A stretch of 62,277 nucleotides of DNA, filler included, from Platydemus manokwari (GCA_037951405.1; 5 parts of 5 records of this genome joined end to end with filler, not necessarily neighbours in it), one strand, 5' to 3'; shown: positions 26,670-39,331, counted from the first letter of the whole stretch. The notes: generated from the letters alone by a model not told the origin. Made by a program: numbers and translations.

Positions 26670-29611
26670 ATGTTGTATATTGTAATATTTTATTTCGCTA
26701 TCATTCTTCATATTGAATGTGTTGATAAACCGAGAGGGATACCATTTTCAAGTTTGAATTTTTTGTCTTATAAGTTATATAATATTTTAACAGAATTATC
26801 ATTTTATCAACCAAATGTTCCATTTAAATGCCTTGATGGGTCTGGTGTTATTAATTGGAACAAAGTAAATGATGATTATTGCGATTGCCGGGATGCTACT
26901 GATGAGCCCGGTACATCGGCTTGTTCAAATGGTGTCTTTCATTGTGATAATAAAGGACATAAATTTGAAAATATTCCCTCATCTCGAGTTAATGATGGAA
27001 TTTGTGATTGCTGTGATGGGCAAGATGAATATTCTGGCATAATTAATTGCACTAACACATGTTGGTAAGGAAAATCTAAATAAAATGGACTAATGTTTGA
27101 TAAAATCATTTAGGGAATTAGGTGCTATAGCTCGAGAGGAAATTAAAAGGCTTAAAGAAGCAGCAGAAAAAGGGAATAAAATTTACAAAGAGTATGTTAA
27201 GGAGGTAAATTTTAATTGTTACTTATTTATATTAAATATATTATTAAAATTAGTATGAAATTTCTGTCGCTGATAAAAAACTCCGACTCGAGACAATTAA
27301 TGAACAATTTAAAGTTCTTAGTGAAGAAAAACTTGCTGCTGAACGAGTTAAGACTGATTCGGAAGCACTAGAGACAGAAGCTAAGCAAGCATATGATGAA
27401 AACTGGAAGAAACTTCAAACTGAAAATCAAACAAAAATGGAATCTTTGAAAATATCCAAAGCATTCAAAGAATTAGATATCGATTCTAATGAAAAGTTGG
27501 CATTTTAAACTGTTAATATTGTCTCAACCATATAATTTGTTAGGATTTCTATTGAAGAATTGCAAAGTCATCATGAATTTGATATTGATCAAAACGGTGA
27601 TGTTTCTCACGAAGAAGCGAAGGTAATTAGTGTATTAACGTTTAATGCAATTAAAAACCCTTTCAAATATTTGGTTTTTCTCAATAACAAAACATTTAAA
27701 CTGTTAGATTATATGTAAAATTTCTGAAAATGAAAAAACTAAAATAATAATTATTAATTTTATATTACATGATAATCACTGATTTATTCAATTATCTATC
27801 CATGAAGATTTTAAAAGAAATTTAATTATTAGTAAATATATACAATTAGATCTATTCTTATAAGAATGACCATTTTTTAAATTTTTCTTTGAATTTTTTT
27901 GATCACAAATTCTGAATTTATTAACCACTACAGATTTTATAAATTTATTTGTTAAAATAATATTTAATTTTATAGTCAAAAAAAAATTATATTTCAATTA
28001 AAATTTTATGAATCAAAGGATTTATGATATAATTATGTGAAAAATTGAAACATCTTTTAATTTATGATTACCATGGTAACAAATAATAAATGTTTTAAAA
28101 TAATCACTTCAATGGTTAACTGATGTTAACTTTAACACCAAACTCTACAATCTGTAAAATGCTTTTCTCCTGTTAAATTTTTAATATTTTTTTATGAATT
28201 GGTTTTAGGAATATTTAAGCGATCACGATTTTGTTGATCAAATTCAATTCGCTGAAATAATTTGGCCTAACATTAAACAAATTTTCAAATTCAAAGAAAG
28301 AGTAGAACACGATGTTAATTCAGAGTTTGACGGTGCAGTACCTGATCCAGTTGATCAAAGCCCAGAAGATGAAAAACACGAAGAAACCGCCCCAGAAGAA
28401 CCAACCAAGACGGAATATGATGAACAGACATTGAAAATCATTGATGGTATAATATTATTGACCAATGATTATGAGTTTATCATAGCATATTTTTCTATCC
28501 AGCTGCTACTGAAGCTCGCAATAAATTCAATGAATTAAATGAGAAATATACGAAATTGGAAAATGAGAAAAAGTTTTTATTATTATTATTATAATATTTA
28601 TTAACATTTATTGATTTTTCTTTCGTAACGATTAATGTCAGCAATAACAGAAACATTCATTGATTAGATAAACAAAAAGCAATTAAATAAATATTTATTT
28701 TGTAGATAAATAAATAAGAAATTATTTTCATTGTTAAAATTGTATTTTATTATTCAATATGCGAGAGAAATATTTCAATAATTGATTAAATCGTTCTGAT
28801 GGACCGTCAAGGGACAATTTTTTATCATTTAGAAATAAGAGATGTAATTCGATAAAAATGGAATTTATTCGCAATGACAATGTTATTTACAAGTATTTAT
28901 GTTGCGTAGAGATTTCCATTTCTTGATATACATATTTGTTCATTTTATATGTTTCTAAAATATCGAATTCATTAAGAGCTCTGGTTGCTATGGCAACGGG
29001 AAGCACATGAATATTGGAAAATCACAGAATATAATAAAAAAAATTCATGTATTTGTTCAAATTGATTCATTTAATGATTTGTTTTGAACTTCTTTAGACA
29101 ATTATGGTGTGTGTGTGTTTTGAAAAATTAATTGATTTTTCAACAAATTTAGATCGATCGAAAATCTTCTCAATATCGATTTCGGTCCAAGTTCAGCATT
29201 TTATAAATTAGCCGAAGATGAGACTTGTTATGAGTTGGTAGATCGGGAATATGTGTACAAATTGTGTCCATTCAAAAAGACGAGCCAATTTCCGAAGGAT
29301 TCCAATTCCGAAACAGAATTGGGTCGATGGGGTCATTGGGCTGGTGAGGAAAATCTCTATTCGACACAGATCTATGATAATGGATTGCCATGTTGGAATG
29401 GGCCAAATCGCAGAACAAAAGTGAAACATTTCAAATGATAAAATGCCCGAATAATTGTGTCTTTCAAATATAGGTCGATATTCGATGTGGTGTGGAAAAT
29501 AAACTGATCGAAGCCTCGGAACCGAGTAGATGTGAATATTTATTCAAATTTGAAACTCCATCAGCATGTAACAAATCGCCCGACGAATATAATGACCATG
29601 ATGAATTGTAG
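26670..29611 (+). CDS. PRKCSH: Glucosidase II beta subunit; exons 26670-26751, 26794-27064, 27114-27204, 27254-27495, 27544-27622, 28209-28446, 28503-28572, 29153-29420, 29474-29611
   Basis: Signal peptide; LDLa-like VNDDYCDCRDATDEPGTSAC and VNDGICDCCDGQDE; EF-hand-like DIDSNEKISIEEL and DIDQNGDVSHEEA; MRH domain YVYKLCPF..CWNGPNR..EPSRCEY; C-terminal HDEL*. All introns GT-AG and phase-compatible. Confidence 0.97.
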
Positions 29612-30769
29612 AGAGAGAGGAGTTTTTGCATTTTTTTGTATTGTGATTTGCAATTGTTCCTGTATTGATTTTCCAAAACAAATTTGGATGTATTTATTGG
29701 AATGACGTCAATCAATTTTTGTTATCATTTATTTTAGTAAAATAAATCTCGTTTATTACAGGGAAATATATGTATTGGATTATTGTGCCGCTAATTCGAT
29801 TATGTTAATATTTGGGTTCTCATAAATAATCAATTATTTCATCCAATAATTTGAGCTAAAAAACGAAAATCATATCAGATAAAAGTTATTGTGAGTATAC
29901 TGTTTACAAAATATCGATTTTAATCAATTGAATTCGGATATCATTAATTTGAGATAATTTGAAGATTTTATTAAAAAATGACGTCATGTGTGTTGTCATT
30001 GGTTAAAATCGGCAAGAAAAATTGAAACTCAAAATTGTCGAAATTAGCACGATTTAATGAATGTGAAACTAAAAATAATATATGATTTTAAACTATTAAT
30101 TAATAAATTACATTAAATATATTAATTATTCAACTCCTTTGAAAAAATAAAAATATTATAAATTTGAGCTGAATTTATAGTATTTGAATATCTTTGAACA
30201 TTTTTTAAAATAAAATTCCAACAAAATTGATTAGTTAAAGTGGCTTTAACATGTCACGCAAAAATTGTCATTAAAATTCCCCAAACCGTTAATTACGATC
30301 AGTAGGGTCGGACATTGGTACACTACGGACTATACTATATATGATAGATGAACCCAATGATATAAGCGCTGATAGAAGGAATAGAAAAGATAATATCACG
30401 AACTACACAATTGATTTTGTTTATCAAATGAACGAGAATAAATAATTAATTTTAACATTTTTAATTAATGAAGTATCACAGAAAACCAACACATTTTATA
30501 ATCTGACTATGTATTTCGAAACGATTTAATTTAGATGTGCCAGGAGCTATAAATAGATTTTAATTTTCCAAAATAATGATCAGATAAAATTTGATGTTGC
30601 GATCTGTTATAATTGATGCTATGGTTGAGATATTGATGAATCTATCCGATATATGATATACAAAACATACAATATGAATAAATATAATACATTTCAATCT
30701 AAGCAAGGACTTTCTGTGTATCAATGTGATGTCCCGAAGATGATAAATAACGACTGTTCGAAACCATAG

Positions 30770-31445
30770 CCATCAAACCCTGAAAGCTAAAGGAGAAAGA
30801 GTTATTTTTGAAAATAGTCAAATATTACTTGGAAATTTTGATGTGGTTAAACGAGGACCAACTTTCGAATTCAAGAACTTCAACATTGGAGAAACCTATG
30901 CTATATTAAAGGACAAGAAGCCTAGTGCCACTGGCAGAAACAGAATTACGTACAAAAACATGATGTTTGCGGACTCGAATACAGAAATTATGACAACAAT
31001 TTTCAACGACTGTCTTGATTCAGAATCAATCAAGGACGAGTGGCAGAAATACTACACGACAATGATTCCCAAGCCGATTAAACAAGGAGAATATGATTAA
31101 GTGAGTTACTCTCGGCCAATTGAACTGCTGAATTGCGCGTATAAAATCTACACCAGCCTTCTGTGTCGACAACTAAACTCTTGGATAAATGCAAATGATC
31201 TTCTACACNNNNNNNNNNNNNNNNNNNNNNNNNNNNNNNNNNNNNNNNNNNNTTAATTAATTAANNNNNNNNNNNNNNNNNNNNNNNNNNNNNNNNNNNN
31301 NNNNNNNNCGAATTACCGGATTCAAGTCAGACAGACAGGTGGAGATTCAATTCCCTCATGCGATAAAATCCAGACGATTAGAGTGACTAAAATTGTGGAG
31401 CGGGCCTTAAGAGGAGGCGAGTAACGTGACTAAATAAATAAACAC
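30770..31445 (+). mobile_element. Non-LTR retrotransposon remnant (RT N-terminal part, RLE-clade-like) spanning gap 3, with probable 3' UTR/(TAAA)n tail
   Basis: SATGRNRITY..IFNDCL..EWQKYYTTMIPK..SRPIELLNCAYKIYTSLLCRQLNSWINANDLL matches RT domains 0-1 of R2/R4/NeSL-type elements. After the gap a GC-richer stretch ends in TAAATAAATAAA. Confidence 0.82.
31209..31308. other. Assembly gap (N44-TTAATTAATTAA-N44)
   Basis: Directly visible. Confidence 0.98.
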
Positions 31446-31479
31446 ATGGTGTTTATTTAAATAATTGATTGGCGGTTGA

Positions 31480-32513
31480 TTGCAGTTTTTTCAAATAAAT
31501 ATTATGACGGAATGTGCTTTTAACTTAATTGTTTCCTTAAAAACTAAGTTAAATACTATAGCTGAAGAAAACCTACATTCTAAACTTTTATTAAATCGAG
31601 GTATTGCCGAATTTTCTAAACCACTATTAGCACCAGTTGTACAAAATCAAGAAAAACAACAACCAGTAATTGAGGAGGGAAAGAATTCCATTAATTAAAA
31701 TTCAAAAGCCATTGTTGAAAAACCACTATTAGCACCAACAACTAACACTTGAAGCCGGAAATAAAGCTATAAATGATGCTGTACAAAAATTTAAAGTTCC
31801 TATTGGACCAAAACCAGGTGATATGAGCCGTAAAAATTTTATTATAAATTCAGAAGCATTTTTCGGATGGGGTGCCACAGGAAAAGGTGATAATATTTTT
31901 CCAAGTTTGAGGGAATTAGTATATAATTGAGTAATTTTTCCAAAAATAATTATTAATGAACGTGAATTTTTAAATATTAAACATGAAAAGAAAAATTATC
32001 TAAATTTATGTGATGGTTCTCTTTTTAAATTAAATGAAAACTTATATAATTTAATACTTGAAGAGTTGATGTAGAAAGACTAAAACACGATGAAAACTTT
32101 CCTGTTAAGGATATAGATGAATATCTAAGGTTTTTAAAGAGCACAGGAATTTCTAATCAACAATTTGGAAAAATTAAATATTTAACAGGTCTTAAACAAG
32201 TAAAAACCAGAATGATTCAAAATGAGCCTGCGTCCGAGGTATCTGGAACAGGATTAAATAATAATAATCGACTAAAGTCGAGTAAACTTGACACCTCGGT
32301 CTTGGGCTTTGCCCAGCCTACGGACATAAGTCTTCAGCACAGCTGGAAAATCCAATAATATTATTTTATGAATTAGGAAAATTATTAGCAGCTAAAAAAG
32401 GAGGAAATAATAATGTTTATAATTCAAAAAATAGTATTTTAATATAATTATATAAATTAGGGTATATGACTAAAGACAGGAAAGACAAATTACTCAAAAA
32501 GTATTTTCATTGA
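31480..32513 (+). pseudogene. Conserved Maverick accessory/core protein gene (decayed)
   Basis: EFSKPLLAP near the N-terminus, a GTGL motif, and C-terminal NPIILFYELGKLLAAKKGGNNNVYN..LYKLGYMTK, matching the Maverick motif dPneL..RL.lL.as..AGN....NEi..I...L...G.I. Confidence 0.7.
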
Positions 32514-32704
32514 ATATCTATAAAAAATTATGAAAGCCAAGGGGAGGAACTTCGTTCAACTTGAATGGAAGGAACTTCGATCAAATTGAATGAAATTCTT
32601 TCCTTTCGAACGGAATTGAACGAAATTCCTTCCCTCCCGTTCAACTCAGACTTGGTCTGACCTTTGGATTTCGTTTAATGAAATTTCATCAAATTTTCTT
32701 TTAA

Positions 32705-33962
32705 ATGATGTCAAAATTAAATAAAATTTCATTAAATGCAAATTATTATAAATTTAAACATGATATTAAAAAAGAAGATTTATATTTTATTAACACTTCA
32801 TCAACTACAGCAACAAATTTAAATAAAGCCTCTGATATTATTTTTGAATCTCAACAAACTTCAAATCCTGTAGATATTTGCCATAGTTTCTTAAGATATG
32901 AAATTGAAATTGAATTTTAAAAAGTGGGAGTTGATAATCATAACATAACTTTAGAGAATAATTTTTTTTCTAATTTATTCAATTCCATGAGATTAACATT
33001 AGGAACACATGAAATTGAAAATATTGAAAGTGTTGGAGAAATATCTGGTATGTTAAATTTTATATTATTAGATCAATCTGATGAAAGAACTGAAGAGTTG
33101 ACATCATGGATTCCGGATCAAACTAAAGAAGATCTAGATAAAGATAATAAAGGATTTAAAAGAAGAAAAGCCTTTTATAATTTAAAAGGTAAATTTACAG
33201 AACAATTCCCATTAAAACGCATATTTGGATTTTTAGAAAGGTATAATAGACTATTATTTTTGATGATGATTAAATTAACCCTAAACAGAGATATAGATGA
33301 TGAGAAAATATTTTACGGGACAAAAGATGAAGGAAAATTAACTATCAAATCATTAGAATTTTGTATGCCTGAATTAACCCTAAGTTCGGAGAGTGAACTT
33401 GAATTATTGCAAAGAATACAAACTGATAAACCAATTCAAGTTAATTACTTAAATAGACTTTCAAATCTAATTGATATTCCAGAGTCACAAACTTATACAT
33501 GGCAAGTAGCTTTATTAAAGACTAGACCGAGATATATTATAATTGGGCTTAAAGATCCTGAAATTAGTTTTACTAAAAATAATTCTAAATTCATTCAAAA
33601 TATTAGAAATGATAAATATATAAAAATCATTAAAAGTTAGATTAAATAGCAGTAACTATCCAGTTAATAAAGTGCAATTTGATATCTCAACAAATAGTCA
33701 AGATGCTCCTTACGATGCTTATCTTAATTTATGTAAAGAATTCAAAAATCACCCTCAATTGAATATGTTAGATTTTCAGAATTTATACACAATATTTTGT
33801 TTCGATGTTAAAGCCCAAGATGAAAAATTAATAGTTAATGGTTGTACAGTACCAATTGAAATTGAAAAATCATCAGATTTTAAATGCCAAGCTTATTGTT
33901 GTATATTGGAAGAAAAATCTGTTGAAATATTAATTCAGAGTGGAAAGATGTTTACAATTTAG
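32705..33962 (+). pseudogene. Double-jelly-roll major capsid protein of Maverick/Polinton type, about 418 aa; one in-frame TAA (32918-32920) and one +1 frameshift (about 33622-33626)
   Basis: Motifs ENNFFSNLFNSMRLTLGTHEIENIESVG, PLKRIFGFLERYNRLL, LTLNR, RPRYIIIG, reconstructed SLKVRLNSSNYP, YDAYLNL, IFCFDVKAQDEKL, AYCCIL. The three track ORFs join into one protein. Confidence 0.87.
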
Positions 33963-34080
33963 GATGTATAAACAGTAATGAAATATAAAATTAAGATTAC
34001 CTTCAAGATGTCTAGTATTTAATAATTATTTAATTTTATATTTATTTTTCAATAAAATATGAAAATTTTATTTCATTAAA

Positions 34081-34540
34081 ATGAATGAAGAAAAACTTTT
34101 AAAACAAATAGTTAAGGGGGGTAAACCTAAAACATTTTATGAGGATAGATAAAAAATAAAAATAACAAAAGAAATGCGTAATAAATAAAAAAACATTTTA
34201 GATAATAAAGAAAATTATAAAAAACAAAAATTTGATGGAGTTTTTCCGTTATTAGCTGCATTACCAGCAATTATAGCATGTGTAAGCGGTCCAGCAGGAA
34301 TTGCAGGGGGAGTTGCAACTGCTGTAAACCAAGAAAAACAAGCTAAGAAAGCTGGTGCGGAGACTTATAAAGTTAAGGAAAGAAGGAATTTCGTGAAGGA
34401 GCTGGTATTTATTTAACTCCTTATGAAGGTAGAGTCTTATATGATTTTATAAAAAATACTAGATATGGAAACTTACCATTTTTCAAACGGATTAAAGGTG
34501 AGGGACTTTATTTATCGAACTCGGACGAATTCCGGTGAAT
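34081..34540 (+). pseudogene. Maverick small virion protein with GxG-type protease-site-like motifs and an amphipathic segment (decayed)
   Basis: KKQKFDGVFPLLAALPAIIACVSGPAGIAGGVATAVNQEKQAK, followed by EGAGIYLTPY and KGEGLYL. Confidence 0.65.
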
Positions 34541-34719
34541 GAAAGCCGCAGTTAAACGGAGTCCGTAGGTCAGACGAAATCCGAGTCTGAGTTCCTTCCC
34601 TTGCATATGAACAATAGTTTAAAAAGTTGATAAAGTTGATAAATCATAAAAATGATAAATTAAAATCGAGGAAAAATTGAGATAGTTTATTAACATTATT
34701 TCTTAAAAATATAGCACGG

Positions 34720-34950
34720 TGATAATATCTATTAGTAAAATATCTGAATGGAAATTTAGTTTTCCAGTGTGTTTATAAGTGTAGTTATAAGTGTTTATAA
34801 TTCTGTATATAATATTAATATATTATATACAGAATTATAAACACTTATAGACATTAAACTAATTTCATGTTCAAATCTTGTATCTAGCCTTAAAGGTACT
34901 GGAAAACTAAATTTCCATTCAGATTTTTTACTACTAGCGAACGAAGTTCC
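34720..34950. pseudogene. Maverick minor capsid (penton) N-terminus, present as an inverted duplication
   Basis: Minus: SSKKSEWKFSFPVPLRLDTRFEHEISLMSISVYNSVYNI. Plus: ISISKISEWKFSFPV...ISVYNSVYNI. Resembles the Maverick penton start (F.pPi.Ld...yEiaL.s...ynsi.NI). Confidence 0.7.
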
Positions 34951-36020
34951 TTCCTTTACGTGAGAAAATAAATTATATATAATTCCACCAGTCATAAATC
35001 ACGTAAAATCACTACTAGTCTAAAAACCTTCTAAAATCCAAAGCCAAATAGTATAAATATTTTAGTAATAGTGCTTGTAAGCGTACAAAGATGCCAGTAT
35101 TCACATATAAACAGTCTAGCAGATAATGATAAATTAGTTAAATTTACAATTCAAACTCAATTTGAGAAAATTTCAATAAGAAACCAGGATACATTACATA
35201 AGGAGTTTGTAGTTAAAGTAAAACGACATGCAAACGTTGCAGGGATACGATGTTGAAAAATAATATGGAAAGGAATTATAAACATCAAGCCAGAAATATA
35301 ATGACAATTAAAACTATAAAAGTGGAGGACTAAAAGTTAAGGAGCTTAATCAGTAACAAATTATCAAAATAGCCTATGATCGTAAATAACCGTGAGCTAC
35401 ACTTCATGACAAAACCATAATATCGTCAACCAGAAGATATTCAGCAAAAAGAATTTTAAGAATGACTCATTCGATAAATAAAAGCGACCAATAACCAACG
35501 AACCAATGAAGGTATTTCTCCATAAAAGCTTTAATCTCATTAGTTAAAGGAGAAGTATTTACAATAATAACTACGATATGAATTTTATTTTGTGCATGAA
35601 ATAAATGTATAAAATACACTGTTGTGGGAATTGGAGCAATTTTTTATTATTGAAGAAGTAAACTGCAAATATCTTTATCTTTTTGTTATGTCATTCTTTT
35701 TATAAAGAAAAAGTTTGAAAAAATTAACAAAAATATATGTAAGGTTTGATGTACTGGTATTTCAAAAGAAGCAAAATTTAAGAATTCAAATATCTTTTGA
35801 AGTGTTCACATACAACTTTAAATGGAATCACACGATGTTGGTAAACAGATCAATGGTAACAAAACGATTAAATAATATCGACATGATAAATGATCTTAAA
35901 TAAAAAATCAAAGAGCAATGTAGCTACTAATATTAAAACAGTCAACATAATAAAGTGTATTTAGAAATTATCGATTTGAATATTAAATATTACATTTGAT
36001 TAACAAAGAAATTTCTCAAT

Positions 36021-38827
36021 TTATCGACGAGATCCCCCTGTAACTTTGCTGCGACTATTTGCTCGTTTATTTGAACTACTTGAATTTTGCATGTTGGCAG
36101 TATTAAGATAATCAACATTTCCAACTGCTGTGGATAGTAGTTCCAAAATAGCTGTAATATTTGGATTAAAATTAAAATCAATATTGGAATTATTGCTAAT
36201 ATTTGTGAATGGTGTAATCATTCCACTACCACATTGATTGATTAAGCTGACTGCTAAATTAGCAGCCAATAGATTTTGGGTTGGTAAAATCGGCATATTA
36301 TTTGTTGGAATTCTTGATAAAAATAATTGAGTCATTGCAAGCAAGTTATCATTTGAGTGATTCAAATCATTTAAATCTGAAAAACATTCATATATACAAA
36401 TATATGTAGCTATAGATTTTGATTAATATTGAAATGGATTTATCTTAGAAAAACATTGCATAAAATTCAATTTACCGGAATTAGATATATTATAACCACT
36501 TCCTATACCAACAGAATTTCCTGAAACATTTGTTGACAATTGTTGAGATGCTTTCTGCCTTGGGGGAGGAGATTTAGGGCGTAAACGTTCTATTTCATCG
36601 TTATAAGGAACCAAAGTTCCATTTAGATCTTTATTAAAGAAATTATTGTATATTCTACTGTCAAAATTAGACGAAGTCAATTCCGATCCAAGAGTTAACC
36701 ATCCCTTACGAATTAATGCAATTAGTAATTATTTATAATCATTTAAATTACTTGTCGAATAGTACTATCTCTGCCAAATAAATGTAATCGTCTTTTTCCC
36801 AAACAAAAATGCTCAATTATATGAAATATTTCTACCGGTTTATCTTTAATACCATATTTTGGTTCCTCATCTATAATTAAATCAATATCGACATTTGCAT
36901 GTATAAAATCGCCATCAGTACTACGCCTCACCTAAATGATTAAAATTAATTCAATGATTAATTAATTAATTAAATGTGAATAATTGAATAAATGAAAAAT
37001 GAAATTTGTAATAATTATTATCAAAACTGTTGATTGGTCGTCGTTTTTATTGAAATAATAATTTATAATAATTAAAGTAGCTTTTTTAATCAATAAATAC
37101 TGAAAAATCTATATAAGACAAATACAAACTCTATTTATAAAATATAATTTTTAATAATATTAATAATAAATACCAAAAATCATTAAAAATATCTTAATTA
37201 TTTACTAACAGTTCCTTTTATTCCCATTAAACAGTGTTCCTTTGTTCTCTGAAATAAAGCACCCGGTTCTAGATTTTTGTGTCCCGGCTTCTTTTTATTT
37301 GTCTTTATCCAACAAATATCTTCACATCGACGAAATCCCCATTTAGAAAGGCACTATCAACGTTGAAATGAACTGTAATGTTTAAATATTACTTTTCTGC
37401 CTTCATTTAGACCTTCACCACTACCACACCATAACCATATAAATGATCGCTGAGCAGCAATTTGTTCGACTTCCAGTGCTTCGATCTAAATAACAAACAA
37501 ATATGAAACCATTTCTAAGATTTCGTAAATCTAGTAACCTCTGACCATGACCAATATTTATCATAAACTGCTCCATTCATACGATTATACTCTTCTAATG
37601 GTGGTTCAATCAATATTACATCAAATTTGCATTGTAATTCTGTTAATTTAAAACTGGACAAGTCTGCCTTCAAATACATTGGAGTATTTCCGGTATCAGC
37701 AATTAAATTATCTTTTAATCGTATTAATTCTCGAAGTTTTGGATATTCTTCGAAACGATTTTTAAGACCTATAATAAATATTTATTATTTATTTTTAATG
37801 AAATTAAGTACAATTAAAGTATAATTTTAATTTCGATTTTTTTAATATAGATAAAATTGATAATAACAAGAAATCGATATTATTTAAATTCAAAATTCAA
37901 CAGATGATATTTTTTTAAAGAATGAACGATTTTACTAATAATGATTGTTAAATTTGTACAACTAAACATCTTTAACTTAAACAGTAGTTACTACCAGATA
38001 TTCCTTAATATAGAACTAATTAAAATTTCATGAAGTTCCTTAGAGAGTCAAAGAGATTACTTTCGAAATATAACAAAAAACTGCATACATGGCCAATACC
38101 ATTCAGTTTTCTTAACTTAGTTTTAGAATTTCGATGTACAAAATAATTCCTAGAAACACCATAACAAAACAATAAAATGGTTGTGATGAGTTTTGAAATA
38201 AAAACAATTTTAATTATTAAACAAATTTTGCTTAAAATTAAATATAACACGCCAGTGAATAAATCAATCTGAAACAAAATAATATCCTAAAATATTCATT
38301 AAATTAATTTTAACTAGAACACATAAATTATTATACAATATTACCAGTATCACGGATAAAATTTTGAGGCCTTTGTCCAGTATCCACAAAATATTGAGAA
38401 TAGTCATTATGTGGATTTGAGCTTTGAGTACCCTGTAACTTTTTATAACACTATTCTAATATTTAAATTTTACCTTTAAAAAAGCCGTTGAATCAGTATA
38501 TACAGATTCTTCTGTCATGTTTAAATCGTTCATCAAATTCAAATCTTTGGTAATTCTTTTCTTTGGTTGAAATAAACTTTTTATCCTAGGAAATTTTGGT
38601 CTAAACGTTCGTTGTTAAATAAAAACATTAGAATGAAAGTATATACACACTAACAAATTATTTCTTTTCTTCGCTGCCACTTCATCTTCGAATAAATAGC
38701 ACTTACCAAACAGTATATTAATCATTTTTTCATCTTTAAGCCCAAAATATTTTTTGAACATATTCCTTCTCTTAACACGTTTTGACAACACTGAATTTAA
38801 TTTATCTTTGGTAGAATTATCGGACAT
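36021..38827 (-). CDS. METTL14: m6A methyltransferase non-catalytic subunit METTL14; exons 38827-38655, 38600-38474, 38432-38345, 37768-37539, 37485-37393, 37353-37210, 36931-36752, 36704-36476, 36376-36021
   Basis: [62 protein letters not shown] (EPPL marks METTL14, not METTL3 DPPW), [60 protein letters not shown]. The exon 1/2 boundary and last exon are the least certain. Confidence 0.96.
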
Positions 38828-39331
38828 TTATGAAATTTGAAAATTTTATTCTATTTATTACTTGTATATCAGATCAAATAACCAACTAAATTTATTTAAT
38901 AGATTTAATCTGCGGATTAAATAAACAAAACTAAAAAATTTAATAACTGTTTTCGGTATTTAGAATAATAATAGTTTAAGGTGGATGCTCTGCATCATTT
39001 TTAAATTATAAATTTTAATTTTATTACAGCTAGACTTTAAAATCAAAAATAAAATTTCAAATTCAGTAAAATTGCTTACAATGTTTCATTTTAAATGATT
39101 CGATTCAAAATAGCTTTCAAATTTGTTTGATTATGATAATTGTTCCTGTTGTCTAGCTTGATTAACAGTAGTGAATCGTCCAATAACAAATTATTCTTCT
39201 AAATGTCAGCTACTAATATTGACCATGCCTTTTAAAATAATTTTAATATCTGTTTTATGGAGGATTTTCTAATTTTGATTTTCTATTTATATTAGTTTTA
39301 TTTCTATTATATATTTTACATTGTTTTTTAG

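Larger units (their letters stand above)
31480..35016 (+). mobile_element. Degenerate Maverick/Polinton (adintovirus-like) fragment containing only the structural gene block
   Basis: Four co-oriented decayed genes typical of Maverick virion modules (see sub-features). No pPolB, integrase, ATPase or protease found in the window. Confidence 0.85.

Noticed and set aside
32541-32675. Short spaced repeats superficially like a CRISPR array or rho-independent terminators
   Set aside because: Eukaryotic context, repeats are inverted and irregular, no unique spacers and no cas genes.
35011-35016. ACTACT as a Maverick right terminus
   Set aside because: Only a 6-bp match, with no TIR partner or TSD visible.
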